The translations under genes and the position numbers were made by a program. From contig JBDHJS010000010.1 of the NCBI GenBank assembly GCA_039586795.1, positions 20,039 through 84,038 of the forward strand: a stretch of DNA of 64,000 nucleotides, given 5' to 3'. Below the pieces are notes generated by a model that was not told where the DNA came from, made no database searches, and worked only from the letters and a program-made list of their open reading frames with translations. This document shows positions 48,592 to 58,027 of this stretch, in pieces; position 1 is the stretch's first letter, and every line of letters starts with the position of its first letter. Source of the DNA: Gemmatimonadota bacterium (lineage in GTDB: Bacteria > Gemmatimonadota > Gemmatimonadetes > Palauibacterales > KS3-K002).

Positions 48592-49782
48592 ATGGCAGAA
48601 TCAGGTAAGAACGGCACCCCGATGCTGGACGAGCTCGAAAAGGGGCCGTGGCCAAGCTTCGTGACAGAGATCAAGAAGACGGCCGAGAAGAGCAAGATGA
48701 GCGCGTCCCTGCTGGGGCTACTTGAGCGTTCCTACGAGGAAAAGATCGGCCACTGGAAGCACGGCGGCATCGTGGGGGTTATGGGATATGGCGGAGGCGT
48801 GATCGGCCGCTACAGCGACCTGCAGGAAGAGTTCCCCGATATCGCTCACTTCCACACGCTGCGGGTCAACATGCCGAGCGGCTGGTTCTATACCTCCGAC
48901 GCGCTGCGGACGATCTGCGACATCTGGGAGCGCCACGGATCCGGCCTGACCAACATGCACGGGTCCACCGGCGACATCATCCTGCTGGGAACGACCACGG
49001 ATGAGCTGGAACCCACGTTCGCGGAGCTCACGCAAGCGGGGTTCGACCTGGGCGGTTCGGGTTCAGACATGCGCACCCCGAGCTGCTGCGTAGGCCCGGC
49101 CCGGTGTGAGTGGGCGTGCTTCGACACGCTTCATCTCACCAACGATCTCACACAGCACTTTCAGGACGAGCTTCACCGTCCGGCCTTCCCGTACAAGTTC
49201 AAGATCAAATGTGCGGGTTGCCCGAACGACTGTGTAGCGTCGATCGCGCGCGCCGACATGTCGATCATCGGCACGTGGCGTGATGAGATCCAGGTCGATC
49301 AGGCGGAGGTGGCGGCTGCCGCTACTAACGGGATCGACATTCAAAAGGACATCTGCAATAACTGCCCCACAAAGTGCATCGAGTGGGACGGCGACAAACT
49401 GGAGATCGACGACGAGAACTGCGTGAAGTGCATGCACTGCATCAACGCAATGCCCAAGGCTCTGAGGCCTGGTAAGGACAGGGGCGCAACGATCCTGCTC
49501 GGCGCAAAGGCGCCGATCGTCGAAGGCGCTCTGCTGTCATCGGTACTGGTTCCGTTCATTAAAGTCGAGCCACCGTACGACGAGATCAAAGATCTCATCG
49601 AGCGTATATGGGACGTCTGGGGCGAACACGGCAAAAACCGGGAACGAGTCGGCGAGTTCATGCAGCGCGTCGGGCTCGGGAACTTCCTGGAGGCCATCGA
49701 GGTGGAGCCGGTCCCGGAGATGATCGCTCATCCCAGAGAGAACCCCTACGTCTTCTACGAGGAGTACTTCGAAGAAGAGTAG
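48592..49782 (+). CDS. dsrA: Dissimilatory sulfite reductase alpha subunit
   Basis: [57 protein letters not shown]. Confidence 0.99.
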   Translation: MAESGKNGTPMLDELEKGPWPSFVTEIKKTAEKSKMSASLLGLLERSYEEKIGHWKHGGIVGVMGYGGGVIGRYSDLQEEFPDIAHFHTLRVNMPSGWFYTSDALRTICDIWERHGSGLTNMHGSTGDIILLGTTTDELEPTFAELTQAGFDLGGSGSDMRTPSCCVGPARCEWACFDTLHLTNDLTQHFQDELHRPAFPYKFKIKCAGCPNDCVASIARADMSIIGTWRDEIQVDQAEVAAAATNGIDIQKDICNNCPTKCIEWDGDKLEIDDENCVKCMHCINAMPKALRPGKDRGATILLGAKAPIVEGALLSSVLVPFIKVEPPYDEIKDLIERIWDVWGEHGKNRERVGEFMQRVGLGNFLEAIEVEPVPEMIAHPRENPYVFYEEYFEEE

Positions 49783-49832
49783 GTAATCACGAAAACCAAG
49801 GACGACTAAGAACTCTTTCGGGAGATTAGAAC

Positions 49833-50906
49833 ATGGCAACGGAAAGACTAACCGATATCGGGCCTCCGAACTACGAGCAGTTCCTGCCTCCCGTTATCAA
49901 GGACAATTACGGGAAGTGGGCGTACCACGAGATCGTGAAACCCGGCGTAATGGTCCACGTCGGCGAATCCGGCGACAAACTGTTCACAGTGCGCGCCGCC
50001 TCGCCGCGGCTGCTGGGCATCGAACGGATCCGTGACTTCGCGGCGCTGGCGGACAAGTACTGCGACGGGCACCTGCGGTTCACCAGCCGTAACAACGTCG
50101 AGTTCCTGCTCACCGACGATTCGAAGATCGATCCACTGATCAAGGATCTCGAGGCGATCGGCCACCCGGTTGGCGGTATCGGAAACTCCATCTCGAATAT
50201 CGTCCACACGCAGGGCTGGGTGCACTGCCACTCAGCGGCCACTGACGCGTCGGGCGTTGTGAAAGCAGTGATGGACGATCTTTGCGGCTACTTCACCGGG
50301 ATGGAGATACCCGGTAAGCTGCGGATCGCACTGGCTTGCTGCCTCAACATGTGCGGCGCGGTTCACTGCTCGGACATCGCGATCCTCGGGATCCACCGCA
50401 GGCCGCCGCAGATCCTACACGACAATCTCAACAAGATCTGTGAGATCCCTAACGTGGTGGCTTCCTGCCCGACGGCAGCCATCAGGCCGGCGACCGTTGA
50501 CGGTTCGACATCTGTCGAGCTCGACGAAGAGTTGTGCATGTTCTGCGGGAACTGCTTCACCGTCTGTCCGTCGATGCCGATGGCCGACCCGCTGAACGAC
50601 GGCGTTTCGATCTGGGTCGGTGGCAAGGTCTCCAACGCCCGCACCGAGCCCAAGTTCTCCAAGCTGGCGATCCCGTTCCTGCCAAACAATCCGCCGCGCT
50701 GGCCTGAGGTGGTGGACGCGGTCCGGAACATCGTTGAGGTTTGGGTCAAGCACGCCCGCAAGTACGAGCGGATGGGCGAGTTCATCGATCGGATCGGCTG
50801 GCCCCGCTTCTTCAAGATGACGGGCATCGAGTTCGAGAAAGAGCATATTGACGACTTCAAGTACGCGGGCCTGTCATACAAGCGGTCCGCACAGCTCAGA
50901 CAATAG
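49833..50906 (+). CDS. dsrB: Dissimilatory sulfite reductase beta subunit
   Basis: [34 protein letters not shown]. Confidence 0.99.
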   Translation: MATERLTDIGPPNYEQFLPPVIKDNYGKWAYHEIVKPGVMVHVGESGDKLFTVRAASPRLLGIERIRDFAALADKYCDGHLRFTSRNNVEFLLTDDSKIDPLIKDLEAIGHPVGGIGNSISNIVHTQGWVHCHSAATDASGVVKAVMDDLCGYFTGMEIPGKLRIALACCLNMCGAVHCSDIAILGIHRRPPQILHDNLNKICEIPNVVASCPTAAIRPATVDGSTSVELDEELCMFCGNCFTVCPSMPMADPLNDGVSIWVGGKVSNARTEPKFSKLAIPFLPNNPPRWPEVVDAVRNIVEVWVKHARKYERMGEFIDRIGWPRFFKMTGIEFEKEHIDDFKYAGLSYKRSAQLRQ

Positions 50907-50916
50907 GAGGCGCGCG

Positions 50917-51168
50917 ATGGCAGTAACGACGGAGCAAATCGCGGACGCCATGTATGAGATGGTCGCCGAGTACCAGGGCAAGAAGAAGTTCAAAGCGAGC
51001 GACCTGACAAAGGCGATGATTCAGAAGTTCGGAGAGGACGAAGTCGACAAGAAGGCGTGCAAGCTTGCGATTCGCACGCTGATGGACTCCGGACGCTGCG
51101 TCTATACCTACTTTGGCGGCAGCTTCATCGAGCTCCCCCCGGAAGAGGGAGCCGGCGAGGGCGGCTGA
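50917..51168 (+). CDS. dsrD: DsrD
   Basis: 83 aa directly after dsrB; KKKFK..DL, LMDSG..VYTYFGGS; AGGAGG RBS. Confidence 0.88.
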   Translation: MAVTTEQIADAMYEMVAEYQGKKKFKASDLTKAMIQKFGEDEVDKKACKLAIRTLMDSGRCVYTYFGGSFIELPPEEGAGEGG

Positions 51169-51202
51169 GCGGTAGACGCTCGCCGTGGGACACTGAGGAC
51201 CG

Positions 51203-51236
51203 GCGCATTCCCTGGCCTGCCGGCCAGGGAGTGCGC
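51203..51236 (+). terminator. 15-bp stem-loop between dsrD and dsrL
   Basis: GCGCATTCCCTGGCC-TGCC-GGCCAGGGAGTGCGC; no U-tract. Confidence 0.55.
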
Positions 51237-51280
51237 CCGGCTGACAACAACGCTAACTCACACGTTGCACGGGTATACTT

Positions 51281-52963
51281 ATGGCTAAGGTAGTCAAGAA
51301 GAAGAAGAAGGGTCTTGGTGGGAGGGCATTCTCTGCCGGCTCCTCACGTGAACAGTCGCCGTTGCGACCCAGACACGTCGAGAAGAAGCCCCCGTGCCAC
51401 ACGACATGCCCCAGCGGCAACCGGATCCGGGAGTTCGTGACGACCATCGCGCAGGCGGAGCGGCTGAATAAACCTCTAGATAAAGCGTACGAAGAGGCCT
51501 GGCACATCTATACCGACACCAGCCCCTTCCCCGCGGTGTGCGGCCGTGTCTGTCCGGCTCCGTGCGAGACCGAGTGTAACCGCAAGGAGATGGAAGGCGC
51601 GGTCAATATCAACAAGGTCGAGCGATCGATCGGCGACTACGGCCTCGATACGGGCCTGGCGCTCAAGAAGCTTACCGAAGAACAGAAGGCCGAGAAGGTC
51701 GCTGTAGTCGGCAGCGGACCCAGCGGTCTTTCCTGCGCCTACCAGTTGGCGCGCCGCGGCTATGGCGTGACGGTGTTCGAGGCGATGGAGAAGGCCGGCG
51801 GGATGCTGCGCTACGGCATCCCGGGCTACCGACTCCCCGAGTCGGTGCTCGACAGCGAGATCCAGAAGATCCTCGACGTCGGCGTAGAGCTGATGTGCGG
51901 CGTGAAGATCGGCAATGATACGGATCTCGACGAGCTGAAGAAGTCGTTCCAGGCCGTCTATGTGGCCCTCGGCGCTCAGCAAGGCGTCAGCCTCGGCGTC
52001 GAAGGAGAGGACGCGCCCAACGTGTTCTCCGGAGTGGACTTCCTGAGCCGCTTCCACCACGGCGAGAAGCTGGAGCTCGGCAAGGACGTGGTGGCGATCG
52101 TCGTCGGTGGTGGCGATACTGCCATAGACGCGGCGCGGATCTGCAAGCGCCTTGGCGCCAACGTGACCGTGCTCTATAGGCGTACCCGGCAGGAGATGCC
52201 GGCGATCGAAGAGGAGATCGACGAGGCGATCAACGAGGGGATCAGAATCGAGTTTCTGGCCGCTCCAATCGGCTTCCGAAAGGAGAACGGCCGCGTGGTG
52301 GCGATGCAGGCCATTCGCATGGAGCTTGGCGAACCCGACTCATCCGGTCGTCGCCGGCCGGTTCCGATCGAAGGTTCGGAGTTCGAGATTCCCGCCAGCG
52401 CCATCATTTCCGCCGTCAGCCAGGAACCGGACTTCGGCGGCTTCGAGTCGCTGATCGATGGCAGAGACTGGATCAAGGTGGACGATGAGGGCGCGACCAA
52501 GGTTGATGGCGTGTGGGCCGGCGGTGACGTCACCGCGCTGGACCTAGTGACCACAGCGGTCGGGCATGGCCGCCGGGCGGCCGAAGCGATCGATCGCAAA
52601 TTCACGGGCACCGAGGCCGAAGTCGATGACCGTCCGTTGATCGGGCCGGATCGGATGCTACTGGATCACTACGACAAGCAGGATCGCGGCGAGCCCACGG
52701 CGATCGACATCGACAAGCGGATGGACTCAGTTGATCTCGAGGTGAACCTGGGATTCACCCAAGACCAGACAGTCGTAGAGGCCCAGCGTTGCATGAGCTG
52801 CGGCTACTGCTTCGATTGTGAGAAATGCTGGATGTACTGTCAGGACCAGGCGATCGACAAGCCGCTCGAAAAGGGCGAGGTGTACTCGTTCAAGCTGGGC
52901 AACTGCACCGGCTGCAAGAAGTGCGCGGAGATCTGTCCGTGCGGCTTCATAGAGATGGTGTAG
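51281..52963 (+). CDS. dsrL: DsrL, NADP(H)-type (DsrL-2-like)
   Basis: PPC...CP, CGRVCPAPCETECNR, GSGPSG, GGGDTAID, YRR at 52175-52183, RCMSCGYCFDCEKC, CTGCKKCAEICPCG; located in the dsr operon. Confidence 0.92.
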   Translation: MAKVVKKKKKGLGGRAFSAGSSREQSPLRPRHVEKKPPCHTTCPSGNRIREFVTTIAQAERLNKPLDKAYEEAWHIYTDTSPFPAVCGRVCPAPCETECNRKEMEGAVNINKVERSIGDYGLDTGLALKKLTEEQKAEKVAVVGSGPSGLSCAYQLARRGYGVTVFEAMEKAGGMLRYGIPGYRLPESVLDSEIQKILDVGVELMCGVKIGNDTDLDELKKSFQAVYVALGAQQGVSLGVEGEDAPNVFSGVDFLSRFHHGEKLELGKDVVAIVVGGGDTAIDAARICKRLGANVTVLYRRTRQEMPAIEEEIDEAINEGIRIEFLAAPIGFRKENGRVVAMQAIRMELGEPDSSGRRRPVPIEGSEFEIPASAIISAVSQEPDFGGFESLIDGRDWIKVDDEGATKVDGVWAGGDVTALDLVTTAVGHGRRAAEAIDRKFTGTEAEVDDRPLIGPDRMLLDHYDKQDRGEPTAIDIDKRMDSVDLEVNLGFTQDQTVVEAQRCMSCGYCFDCEKCWMYCQDQAIDKPLEKGEVYSFKLGNCTGCKKCAEICPCGFIEMV

Positions 52964-52967
52964 CTAT

Positions 52968-54347
52968 ATGAGTGTCCCCCGCGTCATCATCGCAGGGCTG
53001 CGCGGGGGCAGTGGTAAGACGATCATATCCTTGGGCCTGCTTGCCGCCTGGCGGAAGCAGGCCCTTCGCGTTGTGCCGTTCAAGAAGGGGCCCGACTACA
53101 TCGACGCCGCGTGGCTTTCGCGTGCCGCGGATCGACCCTGCCGCAACCTCGACTTCTTCCTGATGTCTCCAGAAGTCGCGCAGCGGTCCTTTTTTCACTC
53201 CGTCGCAGACTCCGACGTCGCCGTAATCGAGGGCAACCGCGGTCTGTACGACGGTATGGATGCTCAGGGAACTTACAGCACGGCCGAACTGGCCAAGCTG
53301 CTTCAAGCCCCTGTCGTCCTCGCCGTGGACTGCACCAAGGCGACACGAACCATAGCAGCTGTTGTTCTGGGATGTCAGAAGGTGGATCCACAGGTCCCGC
53401 TGGGCGGTGTCGTCCTGAACCGGGTCGCCGGTGTGCGCCATGAATCGGTCATCCGCGAGGCGGTGGAGGACACCTGCGGCCTCCCTGTGCTGGGGGCCAT
53501 CCCCAGACTGGCGGAGGAGGCGTTCCCCGAACGGCATCTGGGGCTGGTGCCCCCCCAAGAACACGACCAGTTCGCAGGCGCCATCCAGCACGCGGCCGCC
53601 GTCGCTGAAGATTATCTCGATCTGGAAGCGATATGGAGGGTTGCCGAGGCGGCTCCACCCATGGATCGAACTTCTCTGGACCCCGAGCCGCAGAACGCAC
53701 CGAAGTCCGCAGACGCGCGGATCGGGATCTTCCGTGACGCGGCGTTCCAGTTCTACTATCCCGAGAACCTGGAAGCTCTGACCCGAGAAGGTGCCCGCCT
53801 GATAGACATTTCACCGATTAGAGATACGACGCTGCCGGAGGTAGACGCTCTATATATAGGAGGTGGTTTTCCGGAGACGCTGGCTCCGTCCCTGGCGGAG
53901 AACCGGCCGTTCATCGAATCGCTACGCCGGGCAATCGAAGCGGGCTTGCCGGTGTACGCGGAGTGCGGAGGGACCGTGTATCTCGGCGATAAGTTGCTGT
54001 ACGAGGGGAAGGAGTACCCCATGGTTTCCGCGCTCCCCGCCGTCTTCGCGTTCCAGGGCCGGCCTCAGGGGCACGGCTACACCGCCCTCGAGACGGTGAC
54101 GGAGAACCCCTACTATGGGATCGGCACCGAGCTTCGGGGACACGAATTCCACTACACTTATTTGGAGTCGTCGGCGGAGGGTCTAACGTTTGCCTTCCGA
54201 GTCGGCCGGGGCCACGGCTTCGACGGCGAACGGGATGGCCTGGTGCATCGCAACGTGTTGGCCTGCTACACCCACATACACGCGCTGGGTACGCCGGGCT
54301 GGGCTCCAGCGCTCGTCCAGGCAGCGATTCGGTTCCGCGGCGCCTAA
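52968..54347 (+). CDS. dsrN: DsrN, cobyrinate a,c-diamide synthase-like siroheme amidase
   Basis: GGSGKT, FKKGPDYID, ERHLGL, YAECGG, GHEFHY. Confidence 0.92.
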   Translation: MSVPRVIIAGLRGGSGKTIISLGLLAAWRKQALRVVPFKKGPDYIDAAWLSRAADRPCRNLDFFLMSPEVAQRSFFHSVADSDVAVIEGNRGLYDGMDAQGTYSTAELAKLLQAPVVLAVDCTKATRTIAAVVLGCQKVDPQVPLGGVVLNRVAGVRHESVIREAVEDTCGLPVLGAIPRLAEEAFPERHLGLVPPQEHDQFAGAIQHAAAVAEDYLDLEAIWRVAEAAPPMDRTSLDPEPQNAPKSADARIGIFRDAAFQFYYPENLEALTREGARLIDISPIRDTTLPEVDALYIGGGFPETLAPSLAENRPFIESLRRAIEAGLPVYAECGGTVYLGDKLLYEGKEYPMVSALPAVFAFQGRPQGHGYTALETVTENPYYGIGTELRGHEFHYTYLESSAEGLTFAFRVGRGHGFDGERDGLVHRNVLACYTHIHALGTPGWAPALVQAAIRFRGA

Positions 54348-54382
54348 AGGTCGAAGTGATTCAACAGCACGCCCACATACAC

Positions 54383-54413
54383 GTGGGGCGGTAGCCAGCG
54401 GCCACCGCCCCAC
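54383..54413 (-). terminator. Stem-loop between convergent dsrN and dsrK-like genes
   Basis: GTGGGGCGGTAGCC-AGC-GGCCACCGCCCCAC. Confidence 0.45.
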
Positions 54414-54437
54414 TCTCTGCAGAAGACCGCGAGCATC

Positions 54438-55769
54438 TTACATGTAGTCGTCGCGCTCCGCGGCCTTTCCGTTGATCAGGATCGAGCGGGAGAGCATGTC
54501 GTGGACACCGCCGACTTCGATCTCTTCCTCGTGATGCTCCAACAGTTGCGTCAGCTGCCGCTTGCAGTTCGAGCAGGCTGTTGACACGTACTTCGCTCCA
54601 GTCTCGCGAATCTGTTCCAGCTTCTTCTTGCCGGAGATCTCCATGCGGAAGTCGATGATGTCGTCCATGGCGGACAAGCCGCCGCCGCCACCGCAGCACC
54701 AATTCTCCGATCGGTTGGGATACATCTCGCGGAAGTCGCCGCAGGCGGCGTCGAGAATCACCCGCGGCTCTTCGGTGATCCCGCATGAGCGGCCGAAGTT
54801 GCATGGGTCATGGTATGTGACCGGCTGCTGGTTCTTCGACTTGTCGAACTCAAGCTTGCCTTCTTTGATGCGTTCGGCAGTCCACTCCATGCAGTTGACG
54901 ATCTCGAAAGGCAGCTGACCCCACCAACTGGTCTTCTCCATCATCATCTTCATTATCCGGTAGGCGTGACCGCACTCACCCATCAAAAGGGTCTTGGTCC
55001 CGAGAGTCTTGGCTTCTTCCACATACATCTTATTGTCGGCCTTCATGTCACCATCATTACCGGTGAACAGACCGTAGTTCGCACCGTCGAAGCACTTAGA
55101 GCTCATGGTCCATTTGTCCGCCATCCCCAAGACGTGGAATACCTTTGCGACGCCCATCGTCGCTTCGGGGTTCACGAGAACGTCGCCTGAGGGCGGGACG
55201 TAGAAGTACTCCGCGCCTTCCTGGTCGACGGGGATCTTGATGTCGATCCCGTGCTCGTCCTTCATTTCCTCCTCGAGAAAGTCGATTGCGGCAAGGAACG
55301 CCGCTTCTCCGGCACCGTCCGTGTTTCCGGTCTCGAGAGATATCTGAACTACCTTTGCCATCGTCTCCGGCGTCATGCCGAGCTTGTCGAGGATCGCGCG
55401 GCCCTTTCTCGTGACTACCGAGTGGTCGATCCCGAAGGGGCAAAATGTGGCACAGCGACGGCAGCCCGTGCACTCGTAAAAGATCTGCTGCCAGTCCTTG
55501 AGGTCGTCCTCCTTGAAGTCCTCGGCGGCGGCAAGCTTGCCGAACAGCTGACCCCCTAACGTGTTGTGCTTACGATAGATACGGCGGATGATATCGGTGC
55601 GCTCCGCCGGGTTGTAGCGCTTCTCCGGTTTGCCGAAGTAGACGGGGCAAACCGATGCGCACGTTCCGCATTTCACACACATCTCCATATACATGCGAAG
55701 CGCGCGGGGGCCGTCCTTTATCGCGCTGATCGACTCAACGACTTGCTGTTTAACGTTGTTATTGGACAT
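54438..55769 (-). CDS. DsrK/HdrD-like (Fe-S)-binding CCG protein, copy 2
   Basis: CVKCGTCASVCP, CTGCRRCATFCP, GECGH, YHDPC, WCCGGGGG, TACSNC. Confidence 0.9.
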   Translation of the reverse strand: MSNNNVKQQVVESISAIKDGPRALRMYMEMCVKCGTCASVCPVYFGKPEKRYNPAERTDIIRRIYRKHNTLGGQLFGKLAAAEDFKEDDLKDWQQIFYECTGCRRCATFCPFGIDHSVVTRKGRAILDKLGMTPETMAKVVQISLETGNTDGAGEAAFLAAIDFLEEEMKDEHGIDIKIPVDQEGAEYFYVPPSGDVLVNPEATMGVAKVFHVLGMADKWTMSSKCFDGANYGLFTGNDGDMKADNKMYVEEAKTLGTKTLLMGECGHAYRIMKMMMEKTSWWGQLPFEIVNCMEWTAERIKEGKLEFDKSKNQQPVTYHDPCNFGRSCGITEEPRVILDAACGDFREMYPNRSENWCCGGGGGLSAMDDIIDFRMEISGKKKLEQIRETGAKYVSTACSNCKRQLTQLLEHHEEEIEVGGVHDMLSRSILINGKAAERDDYM

Positions 55770-55785
55770 GTCCGTCTCCCCCGCC

Positions 55786-56505
55786 TCAATGCTTCCGAAT
55801 CAGCTGGTGCGTGAAGAAGATCCCTCCGAAGTGCAGGATCTTGCTGTACGGAATGGTCATGATCAAAACAAGCGCGAGACCCATATGGATCATGAACACG
55901 TTGTTCTGTAACACGGCCTGGTCCATGACTCCCCCGAACGTCGCCAGTTCGGCGAAGTACTCACGTGTCAGTGTCAAATCGAAGTGCTCTGGACCAAACC
56001 GCATCACGTTTCCGGTCACGATGATCGCCGCGATCAGCAGTAGAGCGAGTATGTCAGCCGAGCCAGTGACCTCGCGGACGCGCGGCAATGCCAACCTCCG
56101 GGCCAACAGCAGAACGGTCGCGATCAAGATGATCACACCGGCCGCCCCTCCCAGACTGCCCGACATGATCTGGATCGCCTCGTCGGTCATCCCCATCGCC
56201 ATCAGGGTCCCGTCCACGTTGGTGAAGACGCGGAGGTGCCCCAGAACGATCAACGCCAAGACGGCGTGGAAGGCCCAGGCGAACCCCCAGAGCATTCGGT
56301 CGCCACGGAAGAGGCTTCGAAACAGCACAGCCTCCTTTAATACGTTTCGCTTGTTGGCAGTCTCATGCTCCGGCGCCGGGAACAGCGTCATCGAGGGCGC
56401 CGCTAACTTCTTCCACGTGTAGATGCGGAAAGCCATGGCAACGATGAAGACCGCTATTGCCACGTAGGGAAGAACGCCGCCGACCAGAAACCTAGCGACA
56501 TCCAT
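55786..56505 (-). CDS. DsrM/NarI-like heme b membrane subunit, copy 2
   Basis: LPYVAIAVF, WAFH...GHLR, H...IPYSKILH. Confidence 0.88.
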   Translation of the reverse strand: MDVARFLVGGVLPYVAIAVFIVAMAFRIYTWKKLAAPSMTLFPAPEHETANKRNVLKEAVLFRSLFRGDRMLWGFAWAFHAVLALIVLGHLRVFTNVDGTLMAMGMTDEAIQIMSGSLGGAAGVIILIATVLLLARRLALPRVREVTGSADILALLLIAAIIVTGNVMRFGPEHFDLTLTREYFAELATFGGVMDQAVLQNNVFMIHMGLALVLIMTIPYSKILHFGGIFFTHQLIRKH

Positions 56506-56586
56506 GTTTGCTTATTCCTTTCTACGGTGCCTTGTGTTTCGAGCGTCACGAGCACGCGGCTCGTTGCGCCGCCAAGATCCTGTCGA

Positions 56587-56904
56587 TCACGCGCACCCCG
56601 GTGGGCGCGGTAGTCCGGCCAGGCGGTATGCGCCTTTGACCATGCCGCACGGGAACAGCTTGCAGATGTCTTCCGACGTCAGCCCGGTCACCTTGTGCAC
56701 CTTCACCACCGGCGGTCCCTGGCCATAAGTTGAGTAGTACTCTTGCACGTACTCGATCACTGTCCAGTGATCGTCGGTGAGCTCACCGATCTTGTGCTCG
56801 ACGGCGAGCGATTCCGCCATCGCTCTATTCCAACTCGCCATTGTCCTGAGAAATCCATCTTCGTCGCTGCTGGCTTCCAGGACTTCTTTGCTCACTGGGC
56901 TCAC
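56587..56904 (-). CDS. TusE/DsrC-family protein with only the terminal cysteine (RspA/TusE-like)
   Basis: DEDGFL, LTDDHW, LFPCGMVKGAYRLAGLPRPPGCA. Confidence 0.88.
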   Translation of the reverse strand: MSPVSKEVLEASSDEDGFLRTMASWNRAMAESLAVEHKIGELTDDHWTVIEYVQEYYSTYGQGPPVVKVHKVTGLTSEDICKLFPCGMVKGAYRLAGLPRPPGCA

Positions 56905-56920
56905 GGTTTACCCCCGGCGT

Positions 56921-57730
56921 TCAGGCGTTCTCCAACCTCTCCGGCTCCACCAACCCCACTGGGAATCCGTCGATCACGGTTTCGATCTCATCCGGACCGA
57001 ACGGCTTTTCGATGACTCGAGATATGAACTGGCCTGCATGGCCGCCGGCCTGGCGCTGCGCTTCGCCGCGCCGGATTGCCAGGACGATCTTCAGACCCGG
57101 AAGTCGCGGGTCGTTCGTCAGGCCCTCAAGGAGGCCATCGTCGTCCCGGGGAAAGGCATCCTGGTCGACAATGGCAAAGGCAGGCAGGAAAGCGTGAACC
57201 ACCGCAGAGGCTTCATAGGCGTTGCGGGCAAAGCGCAATGCGATCTTCTCGAACTCATGCTCCTGCAGGCGCCGCACGAGATGGCGATCCGTCGTTATGA
57301 CGAGAACGTTGATCGTCATCCCGCTCAGACGCTGGAAGTACACGCAGTCCTCGCAGCTCGTCTGGCAAAACTGGCGAGCATGCCCGATGTCGCGCCCCAT
57401 CATCGCCATTCGGAAACAGCGGGCTGCTCGGGCTCGGTAAACAGCGCACGCCTCGCACTCCTCCCTGACCAAGCCGCCACGGCTGAAGTACTCCCAACAA
57501 CGCAGCTGTTCCGGCCCGCCGTCGAGCGTCTGCGTGGGAGAGCCTGGACTCCTGCCTACGGTGAGGAGGTGCGCCAGGTCCTGACGCTTGATGCGATAGT
57601 GGCCGCCTGCTGTGCGGACGGCCTTGAGGGAACCCTTCTTGATCCACTTGAGGACGGTATCGGGGGTGACCGAGCAAAGTCTGGCCGCCTGCCCAGTGGT
57701 CAACCACGTACCGTCTTTCTGTTGCCTCAT
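56921..57730 (-). CDS. Excisionase-like HTH + Cys-rich domain + atypical receiver regulator (paralog 1)
   Basis: LTTGQAARLCSVTPDTVLKWIKKG...TAGGHYRI; CWEY...C..C.VY...C...GH...FC...C.DC; REC-like C-terminus. Start placed at ATG 57730. Confidence 0.85.
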   Translation of the reverse strand: MRQQKDGTWLTTGQAARLCSVTPDTVLKWIKKGSLKAVRTAGGHYRIKRQDLAHLLTVGRSPGSPTQTLDGGPEQLRCWEYFSRGGLVREECEACAVYRARAARCFRMAMMGRDIGHARQFCQTSCEDCVYFQRLSGMTINVLVITTDRHLVRRLQEHEFEKIALRFARNAYEASAVVHAFLPAFAIVDQDAFPRDDDGLLEGLTNDPRLPGLKIVLAIRRGEAQRQAGGHAGQFISRVIEKPFGPDEIETVIDGFPVGLVEPERLENA

Positions 57731-57737
57731 GGCCCGG

Positions 57738-57752
57738 GTATGGTTTTTATGG
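57738..57752 (-). promoter_or_regulatory. CCATA-N4-CCATAC motif, left copy
   Basis: Minus strand reads CCATAAAAACCATAC, 7 nt before the ATG. Confidence 0.55.
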
Positions 57753-57785
57753 GGTACTGCGTTTCCCGACCGCCGATAATTGCAT

Positions 57786-57814
57786 AAAATACGTACCACT
57801 CATCTCGGCGTCAA
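57786..57814 (-). promoter_or_regulatory. Sigma70-like promoter, leftward
   Basis: Minus strand TTGACG-N17-TATTTT. Confidence 0.6.
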
Positions 57815-57939
57815 TGGTCAAAAAACAAAAAAAGTTAGATCCTTTCTTCCTGAACAATCAATCCGGTTGATTATTACTATATTCAATAAATACAACACGT
57901 TTGGGCTGACATGACGGCTGTTCGTAACGCGAACTGTTC

Positions 57940-57968
57940 TTGACATAATTGCCGAAATTAGATAGAAT
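57940..57968 (+). promoter_or_regulatory. Sigma70-like promoter, rightward
   Basis: TTGACA-N17-TAGAAT. Confidence 0.75.
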
Positions 57969-57997
57969 TCTCCAACGGTTGGTTTATGTGAAAGCGG

Positions 57998-58012
57998 CCA
58001 TAAAACCCATAC
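57998..58012 (+). promoter_or_regulatory. CCATA-N4-CCATAC motif, right copy
   Basis: CCATAAAACCCATAC, 15 nt before the ATG; 14/15 identical to the left copy. Confidence 0.55.
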
Positions 58013-58027
58013 GATGTTGCCCCGGTT

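Noticed and set aside
51281..52963. Glutamate synthase small subunit (gltD) or NfnB call
   Set aside because: The C-terminal ferredoxin domain and position between dsrD and dsrN fit DsrL; no gltB or nfnA nearby
57856..57872. AATCAA-N5-TTGATT inverted repeat as an FNR box
   Set aside because: Half-sites are in the opposite order and spacing to TTGAT-N4-ATCAA; plausible by chance in an AT-rich spacer
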